Below the pieces are notes generated by a model that saw only the letters and a list, made by a program, of their open reading frames with translations, was not told the origin of the DNA and searched no databases. A stretch of DNA of 64,000 bases from Tetramitus jugosus. Lineage: Eukaryota; Protista; Heterolobosea. The DNA lies in NCBI GenBank assembly GCA_937625935.1, contig OW569353.1:496001-560000 (forward strand). Reading direction: 5' to 3'. Below, one piece after another: positions 11,697 through 22,342 of this stretch. The position numbers were made by a program, and so were the translations under genes. The number at the start of each line of letters is the position of its first letter. Within the stretch, counting starts at the first letter, position 1.

Positions 11697-12908
11697 ATGA
11701 AGAGATCGCGCGACCAAATTTCTTTATCACCATCTTCTTCTCCCACTAACAACAACAACAACAACAACAACACTCCCATTAAACCTCTCTCCCAATGCTC
11801 CTCTCACAATCTCAACCAATGGCTGCTACACCATTCACCCACTGATCAAATCGAAACCGTTCGTCAAGTCAAACGAAAAAAACGATTGGCCTCCTCACTT
11901 AGTCTCCATGGTCAACTCTACTGGGATGAACTCATTTTGCTCTATCACTCTGAAAGTGATGTCGAGTTTAGTAAGAGATATCGTAGTACAGTTCAGTTCT
12001 GGAGACGTCTCAAAGATGAGTCAATTGACTATTTGGATCAAGTGAGAGGTGAAATGTTGAAGATTGCTGGTTCGAATTTGTCGTCATTGACAAGGGAAAC
12101 CAATCGATTTTATCAGCAGCATGCTCTCCAAGTCAACTACAAGGTGAACCATAATAATAAAAGCTCTCATACTGTTGTTGTTGTTGGTTTTGGTTTTGGT
12201 GGTGATGATGATGATAGAGATGGGAATGAGAGTCATGATGACTTTGATATGAGTGTTCGTAATGGTAGTAATAGTGGTTGTTTATTGTTTAATGATCCAA
12301 AGGAGGAATTGTATGCTCAGTTTTTGGCCATGTTTGGCTATTCGAGATCATTGGACGTGCCGGATAGTGATTTAACAACGCGACTCATTGAACAATTAAA
12401 GTTGAGTATTGGTGGCAGCGGTCGTGGAAGCGTTACGGCGACAATGATGTTGACTGAGGATGTTTCTGTCTGGGCTGCCAAATTGAAGAATCACGAAAGA
12501 AATTTGCTCACATTGTTCTATTGTCTCAGAGGGGCAGAGGGTATTGAGAATGAAGATGAAATGGAGTTGGCGCGGGATGATACGCTAATGGCGTTGAAGT
12601 TGAGAGACAAGTGTGCGATTGCGTTCAACAATTTGGGACTCATTTATGAACAGGAGGGTGACCCTAAGAAGGCATTGAATTATTTGATGAGAGCAGTGAG
12701 CATTGATGTGAATTATGCCGATTGTTATTACAATTTGTCAGTGACGCATTTTTATGCAGGGCGTGCAGTGTTGGGTCTCAAGGATGCTATTCATGCTTGT
12801 TCATTGGACTCGTTAGATGAGCCAAACATTGACCACTATACAACTGTGAGAGCAAGGTTGTGGAACAAGAGTCGTGATCCATTGGCCGACAGAGTGCTCA
12901 CTCGGTAA
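11697..12908 (+). CDS. TPR-repeat protein
   Basis: AIAFNNLGLIYEQEGDPKKALNYLMRAVSIDVNYADCYYNL. Confidence 0.8.
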   Translation: MKRSRDQISLSPSSSPTNNNNNNNNTPIKPLSQCSSHNLNQWLLHHSPTDQIETVRQVKRKKRLASSLSLHGQLYWDELILLYHSESDVEFSKRYRSTVQFWRRLKDESIDYLDQVRGEMLKIAGSNLSSLTRETNRFYQQHALQVNYKVNHNNKSSHTVVVVGFGFGGDDDDRDGNESHDDFDMSVRNGSNSGCLLFNDPKEELYAQFLAMFGYSRSLDVPDSDLTTRLIEQLKLSIGGSGRGSVTATMMLTEDVSVWAAKLKNHERNLLTLFYCLRGAEGIENEDEMELARDDTLMALKLRDKCAIAFNNLGLIYEQEGDPKKALNYLMRAVSIDVNYADCYYNLSVTHFYAGRAVLGLKDAIHACSLDSLDEPNIDHYTTVRARLWNKSRDPLADRVLTR

Positions 12909-12929
12909 GATAATGGACTGTCGAAAGAT

Positions 12930-15101
12930 TTACTCGAATAAACTCGATGTGAGATCAGCACGCTGCCTGATGAGCCACTCCTGAGTTCTGTTTGGTAAAT
13001 TCCGCTGACCAAACAACCGTAGCTCCTCTGTCTGCATCTGTTTTTCAAACTCTAACTGACGGGTCAACAATGAGTAGGTATCATCTGAACTGACTGCATT
13101 GTCTCTCTGGGATTCGTTGGAGGAGTCAATCAGAAATGCATCTTGGAACATTCGACGTGACGTCTGCATCTGCAATTCCCTCTGGTGATCCTTGATCTGT
13201 TGAGTTTCAGAATCCGAGTTCTTCAACAGTTGTGACATGGCAGTGCTGACGGCATCTGATTTCAACATGGATTGACTGTCTTGATCCAAGTAAGGATTAT
13301 AGTTGACTATATCAACATCGACACCATACTTGTCCTTGATTGCTGTTTGCAGATAAAAGTAGGCTCCTCGCCGTAGCATTATTTGCTCTTGGTCATTGAT
13401 CTGCTTTGCATATTCCTCACGTTGCCTCAATTCCTGCTCTGTTGTTGGCATTATTCGCTCATATTGGATCGTATCTCGTAAACGTTTGATAAAATCAAGA
13501 ACATACTCGGCTGATATTTGATCTCGTTGTTCATTACTAAATAGCAATTTGTAATAGCAATACTCTTCGATTCTGTTCATTTTGTACTCAATTAATTCTT
13601 CTGTCGTTAAGCCTGAATTGTGAGTGATCTTTTTGTCTACTACATAGCGTACAAGCTTTTTCAGTCTTTCAGCATCGACCTCGTTGGTGTCGATTGAATC
13701 AATCGCGTTACACACGACCTTAAATATTTTATCATCTCGAGTAATTGTCTGATTAGATTCTACTGATGCGAGATTGACAAATTGTAAACCCGTAGTGAGT
13801 TGCTTTTGCAACTGCTTTTCATATTCTTGGCGAATTGATAAGCGTTCGATCCGATCTTGCTTCTTCCTTTCTCGTAGCATCTCCTTTCTCTTTCGTAAAC
13901 AATTGACTGCAATTAAATAACTTAGTCTTTTCTTCTTAATCTCCTCTTTCGTCGTTCGTCCATCATCAGATCCAAAAAATTCCTTCTCCATTTGATTGAC
14001 TGAATCCAATCTCCTCTGTAAGTCATCTTGCCTATTCTGTATCGTATTCTTCAGCTCTTCGAGTCGCTTCTTAGGGTTACGATACAACGGTACTCGAACC
14101 GATAAGCGACCGGGAGGTATTGTCCCAGAAGTCTGATCTAAATCAATCAAATTGTGCTGTGGATGAACTAAACTCCCTGTCCCTTGATGTGGATGCATCA
14201 TATCATGGACTACTGAATTGGACCACGAGAGAATCTCACGAATTTCATCCGGTAACACATCCAAGTATGATTGTTGCTCGAGTTTCTTCTTTTCATCCTC
14301 TGGAGCCTCTTCAAGCTCAGTACTCTCCTCTTTATTCTCAATATCCTCGCTCTTCTCAATTTTGTTTTGTTCCACAGTTGTCAATTGACGCTCCTGCTCT
14401 ACTTCAGCAATAGAGTCGTCCATCATGCGAAGTCGAGGCAATGGAATAAAGCGACGCTCTGCCAACTCTGACACCGTATACAATATAACCTTAGCTGCTC
14501 TACGAACCATCTCATCTCTCTGATCCGTTCCTTGATCAGCAGCAGTCGTCACTGAACCCTCTCCTTCTTTCTTTTCATCATAATCCACTCTCTGACCACT
14601 ACTACCATATTGACCATATTGGTTATAGGAATTGTTGCCCTTGAGTCTCTGAAGCTCTGACACCAAGAATCGAAGCAAACTTCGACCACCACCTATACCA
14701 CCTCCACCTCCACCCATCACATTGGTCGGAAACAAATAATTGACAAACTGTTCCAACAGTTCGCGAGGAATTCTTCGATATTGTCGCTCCTTCAATTGCA
14801 ACACGGACAAGACAGCATCCAACGCATAACGCCACTCATAAATCGTTATACCATAGTCACCAATCGTTGCCAACAACAATTCATATAGTTCAGCTTTAAA
14901 ATCAGACCAAAGAAACTCAATTTCACCATCTCTATGGTTGTTCATGTACAATTCTCCATTCTCTTCATTGACTTGAGATGTTGTTCGAACTTGATTGTTT
15001 CTTCTTCTTCTTGTGTTTGTTGATCGAGAAGTTGTGGTTGTGCGCCTCGTTTGATCATCACGTGCAGTGTTCATGAGATCGTAATTGCTGCAGTCATTCA
15101 A
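12930..15101 (-). CDS. Hypothetical coiled-coil/helical protein
   Basis: 723-aa uninterrupted ORF, charged heptad-like segments; no recognised motif; start uncertain. Confidence 0.7.
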   Translation of the reverse strand: MNDCSNYDLMNTARDDQTRRTTTTSRSTNTRRRRNNQVRTTSQVNEENGELYMNNHRDGEIEFLWSDFKAELYELLLATIGDYGITIYEWRYALDAVLSVLQLKERQYRRIPRELLEQFVNYLFPTNVMGGGGGGIGGGRSLLRFLVSELQRLKGNNSYNQYGQYGSSGQRVDYDEKKEGEGSVTTAADQGTDQRDEMVRRAAKVILYTVSELAERRFIPLPRLRMMDDSIAEVEQERQLTTVEQNKIEKSEDIENKEESTELEEAPEDEKKKLEQQSYLDVLPDEIREILSWSNSVVHDMMHPHQGTGSLVHPQHNLIDLDQTSGTIPPGRLSVRVPLYRNPKKRLEELKNTIQNRQDDLQRRLDSVNQMEKEFFGSDDGRTTKEEIKKKRLSYLIAVNCLRKRKEMLRERKKQDRIERLSIRQEYEKQLQKQLTTGLQFVNLASVESNQTITRDDKIFKVVCNAIDSIDTNEVDAERLKKLVRYVVDKKITHNSGLTTEELIEYKMNRIEEYCYYKLLFSNEQRDQISAEYVLDFIKRLRDTIQYERIMPTTEQELRQREEYAKQINDQEQIMLRRGAYFYLQTAIKDKYGVDVDIVNYNPYLDQDSQSMLKSDAVSTAMSQLLKNSDSETQQIKDHQRELQMQTSRRMFQDAFLIDSSNESQRDNAVSSDDTYSLLTRQLEFEKQMQTEELRLFGQRNLPNRTQEWLIRQRADLTSSLFE

Positions 15102-15179
15102 GCAAGCTCAAGCACACTGCTCTTGATCAATGATGTGAGTAAGATTGTTTTTTTTTGTCGTTTTTTTTATTGTTGTTTT

Positions 15180-18100
15180 TTATTTCCACTCGACATTGGA
15201 CGTCGATGGGCTTCTGAACGAAGCAGCATAAGACATTTGTTCCTTTGCATTTCTGCGCAGAAAGTTTTGAATCTTGTCTTCATCCGGATTCAAGTCACTT
15301 GCACTGGCCTTGTTGTTGTTCATTGTGGATGGAGATTTCGATGATGATGATGATGATCCGTCTGACATATCATGATCAGCAATCTCTCGTTTCAGTTGCT
15401 TGTACGAGTTGGACATTGAGTTTCTGTTGAATGAGTGGAATGATCGGGAAGAGTACCGAGCATGTCTCCGTTTCCTAGGTTCCTTGTCCAGGCTCTCCTG
15501 TGCCTCTCTGTGGAACACTTGCGTCAGTTCCTTGTCCTTGACCTCTCGTACAACACCTTCCAGATCAATGTTCTCCACTTCTCCGTCCGAATCAGAATCC
15601 GTGTCATTGTTCTGTGATGTGAGTTTCGATGGCTTATTGAGACTGGCTGTTTGTGGATTCGTGACGTTGGTTGGTTCGTTTTCATCATCATCATCGTCGT
15701 CGTCGTCGTCATCATCGTCATCATCCACCGTCTTTCCAAACTCTTCGTCGTCGTATTCTCCTTCATCGCTAGACAACTCGGCTGCAACATCGATATGAGA
15801 AAAGGTAAATGGATCATCTTCGAGAAACTCTTCTGATAGACTCACTTGCGGTTGTTCCACTTCTTGGTATGTCAGGAGTGGAGCTGTTAGGAATTCGTGG
15901 TTCATTAACTCTCTAATCGAAGGTCTCTTTGCTGGATTCTTCTCGAAACAAGCCAACAAAAATTTGCGAGCCTCCCGTGACACAGTCTCAGGGATATCCG
16001 GAATTTTGTCAGTTGTCCGCACATAGTTCAATACGGCCAACGCATCATACAATGAAGAAGTCTCCTTACTCCATGGAGCAACTCCTGTTATCAACTCTAG
16101 TAATGTACAACCGAGCGACCACACATCACCCTGTTTCGTATATTTGACAGTTTCAATGACTTCAGGAGCCATATAATTAGGAGTGCCTCTAATTTCATCA
16201 GCGGCAACATTGGTCAATTCTTTTGCGCAACCAAAGTCAGACAAATAGAGCCGACCAGTCAGATCCATTAGAATGTTTGCGCCCTTGATATCACAATGCA
16301 CAACATCATTGTCATGAAGATACTTTAGTCCATCTAGAATTTGTGGTAGTATCTTCAATCGAATATATTCTTCCGAAGGTTTAATATCATGGGCGATCGT
16401 TTCTAGAGTGGGACCACAGATGTACTGCAATATAATAAAAAGACTACCATCTTTGATTTCACTACCCAAATATCGTACAATACTGTCGTGCTTTAGTCGT
16501 GCCATGATTTTGATTTCACGCTCTAATCTCTTAATGTTCGCGTCCAACTCTAGTGAGCTACCTCTCTTGAGTGGAATTTGTTTCACTGCTACGAGAGCAG
16601 ATGTTTTCTTGTCTGAACCAATAAATACTTTACCACTTCCTCCGCAACCAACCATTCGTCCAATTTGGACCTCGCTGATTCTCATATTCTCTCTATACAC
16701 GGCGCGTTGATCTTGAAACAAGTTCATACTAAAATTGGTTGTCGGTGACATTGAATTGCTACTGTTGGTATGGCCATTGTTGTTCGGACTGTTTGATGCC
16801 ATTGGAGGATCTGTACTGCTACTCGTAAAAGTAGGCCGAAAGATGTCTGATGTTCCAGGACTAGGCAAATTCGTTGGAGTCGTAGAAGAGGAACCATAGT
16901 GCAACAGCGTTAACACTTCTGCTTTTGAGAGCTCCTTTGTCGGCGGGTCCAACAACAGTTTTGGTCTATAGTCCTTTGCATGATTAATCATGTCAAAATA
17001 AGCACTCAAATCATCTTGTGACACAATTGATATCACATCTCCCTCTTCGTCAATATACCGCATTAACCTCGCCCCAAATCTCCGCTCTAAATGGTCTCGT
17101 AGATCGGTGAATGTCATTTGCATGGGAAGATTTAAATTCTCACACTTGTCATCGACATAGAGTTTCACACGAACGCTCTTTGATCTCATACTGCGTCCCA
17201 TCCGAGCAAACGAACTCGACTGTATACCCAATACAGTTGATAATGATGATGGAGACGATAGATTCGTGGGCGATGGAGACGAAAGACTATTTCTACTATT
17301 CCGATTATTTTCATTTAGTTTTCTTAAGCTAAAATCGTAAGCGGCATTTTTTTGCCAAAACCACGCTCCTTTTTTCAGTTTCATGCTTGCATGAAATTGT
17401 GCTGGTGCCTACACACACATACCAAACATGTACATTTTGTTCAAACAACAAAAAAAACAGCTGTTAGCTCTCTCGCTGCCCTTGATCATGCAACAGACAA
17501 CATAAACAACAAAAAAAACAAGAGAGAAAATCATACCTGTTGAGGCTCCACAACAAACTCTTTTTTGAAGGCACCGTTTGCTCCTCTGCCATATAAATCG
17601 CCATCTGCAAGCAATATTGTCTCCAATGTCTGATTCGTCGTCACATTAATGAGTATACTGAATCGACCATTGCTCATTGAAGCAATACGCAGCTCATATT
17701 GTCCAGCTTCCAACTACATTCACCCAACACCAAATCACCATAAAAATAGACAGAATGGTTTGTTAGCCCTGTGATTGTGTGCAAAACGCGATATACAAAC
17801 GAATGAGCGTGAAAAAAAAAATTGAGAGAGAGGTACCTTTTCGTTGATCGTTCGGCCCTTGTCCGTCAATTGAACGACCTCTGAAATTTCAAGCTTGGAT
17901 TTCGCGTTCAAGTAAGCTACGGTCGTACGTGATTCATTTTATTCATAGTTGTTGATTGATAATCGCACATATCATTCGGAGTTTTGTTTCACGTGGGCCG
18001 TGGAGAAGAAGAACAGGAAGAAACACACACACATGTTTGTCAAAAGAAGAAGAAGGAATTTGTTAATTTTTTTCATGTTTTCAATGGTTAAGCTAGGTTG

Positions 18101-18191
18101 TTCATATATCACAGTGTATACACATACTCTTGAAGCCAGAGACGTCATCCGATGCGCTCTGTGTAACACTACCGAAACCACCCCAAATCAT
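15180..18191 (-). CDS. STE11/MEKK-like MAP3K with PB1 domain (multi-exon 5' end)
   Basis: PB1 (RYIDEEGDVISIVSQDDL); GCGGSG, VAVK, HCDIKGAN, DFG, GTPNYMAPE; predicted introns 17409-17536, 17714-17836, 17917-18127 keep frame; true 5' end uncertain. Confidence 0.85.
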
Positions 18192-18736
18192 GATTGTCAC
18201 CCAAACTGACTATTCGTCTTGAAAAAAATAATAATTACTCGTTAAAAAATAAAATGATGATCACACGTTATTGGCTGTGATTCTCTCTGTTGTTGTTGTT
18301 GATGTAGTAGGGTTTTCGACTGTCCAAAACAATTTTTGTTGTTGTTGATTTTTGAAGAGGATTGGACTGGGAAAAGAAATGTGCGCTTTTGGGATGGAGT
18401 TGTCTAATATGTGATTTTTGATTTTTGATTGCTTGGTGTGATTTCCTTGTGTTTTTTTTGAATTGGTTGGTGGTGCTTACCGGAGCTTTTTTTGAGCGTA
18501 GCTTCTGGGGCTTTAGAAAGAAACAAGGTTAGACAACGAAAGGATGCACGTGTTTGTTTGTTGTTGCCACGACCCGAGTTGCTGGTGTTGTGTGAAGAAT
18601 TCCTCGTTGTGTGAAAGCTACATCCTTGTTTGAGAAGGAAAGAATCCTTTTTTCTGATGTTTGCGCCTATCAATCATTGTCAAACGACGAATGGTGACGA
18701 CTTTTGACAACGGGTCCCCTATCTGAAGAAAATGCC

Positions 18737-19576
18737 TTATAGCATGACGGACAAGCACTCCACGCGAGAGAACCGCAGATGACATAAAAAATCTTGTTGG
18801 AATCGTTGTAATACCTCCAGTTTGAGATATTCACTTTTCACAGAGTCTTGGGGCAGCACGCACAGCGGAATCGTAAACTGGCGCACGGTGGTTTCTTTGG
18901 CTGTTGAAGAGTTCTTGTGCGAAATCTTGACGAGACACAATGGAGTCAGAGATAAACAGTTTCTTCTTGAGAACTCAAGATCAGAGTTATTGAATAATTG
19001 CCCATGCACATAAATGAATGGATACATTAGCAACCAACCGTTGATCATACATGTGTCCAGTGACGGGGATATTCCAGTGAGATCAATTGTATAAATTCCC
19101 CTCCGAATTGTATCACTGTTGTTCTCATCCAGTAGCACAGTTTCAATCGATTGACAAACCTGATTGAGTGTACTTTCTACTTGGTCATACAATTGTGATC
19201 CACGATCGATCAATTCAGGGGCAGACAACGACGGATCGACATTGACCAATCGATGCAAATCGTTCAAGCATTTCGCACTCTTAAATGCCTGCAACTGTGC
19301 TTCCAACGACTCCAGATGAATGATATAATAGAATTCCATTGTTTCCTCATCAAAGGAAGCATCGTTGCTCCAACAGTCTTCACAACTACTATTAGAATCA
19401 GCTGTCACTGCCCTACCGCTGGAAAACATGAGCTTCATGATCCGAATAGACTTCTTGTACTTGTTTGATGTATTGCCTCTGAACCACTCTATCCAGCGAT
19501 CGCACTTGAAATCCATGTAGTCCAGCAGACAACAACTCACCATTCCCTTCTCCAGATGCTCAATATCTGCGCACAT
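18737..19576 (-). CDS. DUF4504/UPF0739 (C1orf74-like) protein
   Basis: INGWLLMYPFIY...NCLSLTPL...FTIP resembles this family. Confidence 0.6.
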   Translation of the reverse strand: MCADIEHLEKGMVSCCLLDYMDFKCDRWIEWFRGNTSNKYKKSIRIMKLMFSSGRAVTADSNSSCEDCWSNDASFDEETMEFYYIIHLESLEAQLQAFKSAKCLNDLHRLVNVDPSLSAPELIDRGSQLYDQVESTLNQVCQSIETVLLDENNSDTIRRGIYTIDLTGISPSLDTCMINGWLLMYPFIYVHGQLFNNSDLEFSRRNCLSLTPLCLVKISHKNSSTAKETTVRQFTIPLCVLPQDSVKSEYLKLEVLQRFQQDFLCHLRFSRVECLSVML

Positions 19577-19817
19577 GTTTATTTAACATGTTAAAAGCTT
19601 TTAAAGTAGCGAATGCAAAGAAAAAAGCGCAAGATACATACCAGCTAACCATTGTGCACTCGAGGCAACTGAAGAAGCTACTTCTTTCAGTGTTTTTGGC
19701 ATGACCTTTTTCCGCGCAATTCAATTATTTTTTGGCGGTCTGTTCAATGAATTCGAGGATTGTCGGCTGTTGAGAGTTCACTACAATTACAGAGCCCGAC
19801 ACTCACCTCAAAGAAAA

Positions 19818-21008
19818 ATGTACACTAGAGTTCTGAACACAGCAATAACTTTGATTGTTATTATTATTGTCCATCTATGCTGGGATAATACACTTGGAGT
19901 TGTGGTAGCGGATAGGCAGGATCCCTTTTTCGAGAGATTTCCACTACATCCTTTGACCAAGGGTGTCTTTGATGTTTCTCTGACTCGATCTGAGATATTC
20001 CAATCAGTGAGTAAGTTGATAGATGAGATGAACGATGCACATAAAGGAGATCAGAGTTTATCAGAAGCTCCAATTGTGTTCCATGGATACCACTCTGATG
20101 CGAGAGTCATTGTGGGAACAGCTCGGATGGAGTACGTGCAGAACCTGATTCAATCAGCTTCAAAGTACAAGCCTGTAGCGCTTGGTCAAAGCGACCGAAC
20201 TCCTGTTTCTGTATGGTTGGTTGACCACAAAGACTCATCTGTTGGAGCTTATCAAGAAGCTCAAATTCAATTCTATGTTTCTCCAAGCGATCTTCCATAC
20301 ACCTTAGCCATACCATATGATGAGGAAGATAGAGCCTCAATCCTTTATCCCTTCTTTAAAAGACTTGAGGAACACTCTAGGTTATTCAACTGGAAATCAA
20401 TTGTTGTAGCAAGAAAACAAAATAGGGATTTGAAGAGCTACTTCCAGAGTGAAGTGCTTGGAGCATCTCATGATATGATCCAGAGTGAAACTTCTCCGAT
20501 CGTGGATCAAGGAAATGGAACATTTTTCTCGTTTGAGGATGAGTATGGAGATGAAATTCTAGCTGGATCTCTTGGAAAGAGAGGAGACGACAGTTGGTCA
20601 AGCTGGTGGTCCACCGGTAAGAAGATTTTCAAGAGCTTAGGTCTGGCGGCCATCTTTGATTTAAGATATGCCAAGGACTTACATTTCAAAACTGTAAGTG
20701 CGACTACGCAAAAGCTAATAGACACCTATGCTACAATGAAGAAGTGTCAATTCAGAGACTTTGATATTGATAAAGGCGATAACTTGGTCTTTGGAGATGC
20801 TTCTCCGTTAGGCAAGGACATGATTGAAATGCAGTTCCAACCAGAGTTCGTTGTAAAGATGCCTAACTACAAGCAGGCCATTGCAGCTCCCAGAGTTTCC
20901 GAAGATAAGGAGCACATTCAAGCAAAATCCCTAGTGTTCGAAAAGGTTGTTGACAACAAGGACCCTAGTATCGTTATTGAGGACCGCACCACGAAGAAGA
21001 ACAAGTAG
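19818..21008 (+). CDS. Secreted/membrane-anchored protein, acetoacetate-decarboxylase-like fold possible
   Basis: Hydrophobic N-term; VSVWLVDHKDSSVGAYQEAQIQF resembles the ADC-like GxYxE segment. Confidence 0.5.
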   Translation: MYTRVLNTAITLIVIIIVHLCWDNTLGVVVADRQDPFFERFPLHPLTKGVFDVSLTRSEIFQSVSKLIDEMNDAHKGDQSLSEAPIVFHGYHSDARVIVGTARMEYVQNLIQSASKYKPVALGQSDRTPVSVWLVDHKDSSVGAYQEAQIQFYVSPSDLPYTLAIPYDEEDRASILYPFFKRLEEHSRLFNWKSIVVARKQNRDLKSYFQSEVLGASHDMIQSETSPIVDQGNGTFFSFEDEYGDEILAGSLGKRGDDSWSSWWSTGKKIFKSLGLAAIFDLRYAKDLHFKTVSATTQKLIDTYATMKKCQFRDFDIDKGDNLVFGDASPLGKDMIEMQFQPEFVVKMPNYKQAIAAPRVSEDKEHIQAKSLVFEKVVDNKDPSIVIEDRTTKKNK

Positions 21009-21278
21009 ACATACACTTGACTTTCCAATAAACGCTAGTTTTTGGTACAGCAGTACAATCTGCTTAAGTCAACCACTTTGGAATACTTGCAAGCTCCTCG
21101 TATTCTGGCACTGAATGCTACAAAGATTGAATTGCTGTTTGTTTGCAGTGTCAGTGGATACGACACAGGAGCAAACAAGAATAATAGCACTGTCCCCCAA
21201 GTCATGCTCCCAGTTTTTTTTGTTCTGTTTGATGTGGATTGTTGTTCCTGGTCAAGTGAACACCAGAAAACAGAGGAG

Positions 21279-21617
21279 ATGAAGAGACCAAGGGAAGAGT
21301 CAAGCACTTCCAAAAATGACGGTGAAGAGACCGGTGAAGTCTGGAGTGTCGTGTACTGCAAAACTAGCAACAAGAAACACAAGTCGTATGATGATGGAGT
21401 GTTGCTCGTTCTGAAGAAGAGATATATTTTGCATGATTCTAATGGTCAGGTCGTGATTAATCGATTAGTACCAAACACGTTGAATGATTTGAGAGAGGGA
21501 CATGTGATTGTTATTGGTACAAAGGAATGTGAAATGATGAACAAGATTGATTATGAGGAATATTCGAGTGGAAGAGTATTTTTGCCAACATCAATGAAAA
21601 AACCATTGAGCAACTGA
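21279..21617 (+). pseudogene. DUF2439-like (ZGRF1/RAD54B N-terminal) domain fragment
   Basis: WSVVYCK..KKHKSYDDGVL...ILHDSNG...EG..IVIGTKECE; coding-like sequence continues in another frame after 21610. Confidence 0.55.
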
Positions 21618-21739
21618 TGAAGATGAATCGTCTGAGCTGAAAAAGCCAAAACAAGACTCGTCCTCGTCAGCCTCAGCAGAAGAGGTAACTCATCCTTTTT
21701 TGATAAAAAAGCTTTTGGAAGAAGCCTCCACAAGTTCAG

Positions 21740-22320
21740 AGTCGATGATGAATTTGCTAAAATATTGTGGAACACGTGCCCATTGTTGGAGAAATTACTG
21801 CTGAACAACCATTGAGGATTCCTTCTTTAGTCAGATGCACAATTGCAAGCACCTAAAAACTTTGGAGATCTTCTTGTGTCCCAAACTGACGGTCAAACTT
21901 GCAAACCACATTAACCATGCAAACATTCTTGGTTCGTTAGAGGACTTGAGCATTCGATCTGATTATCCTCGCAGTTTGAAACACGGGGGAAAGTTTACAA
22001 GCGTCGATAGGGTTACGCTATTCAAGGAGAGTGATGAGTCAGGGTTTAGAAAACTAAAATCGCTTTATGTTGACACCCTAATGTATGACATGTTTATTAG
22101 TAACAATTTGTTGCCACCCAACCAACAGTTATACAGAAACGGATACCATCAGTTTGGTCCGATGTTTAGTGGACAGCCACCATTCACTTTTTAGGCACCA
22201 AATGTCGAATTCTGCATATCAGGCAGGAATACATTATGGAAGCCTTGATCGGAGACGTTTCTTTGGGCTCCGGACGGTGATATCTGATAGCGCATACAAT
22301 AAAGAACAGATGAGTTAGTT
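21740..22320 (+). pseudogene. Fragmented LRR-like coding remnant
   Basis: CPLLEKLLL / CKHLKTLEIFLCPKLT / LEDLSI / LKSLYV pieces interrupted by stops or frameshifts. Confidence 0.4.
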
Positions 22321-22342
22321 ACAAATACAATCGCAGAGTAAA

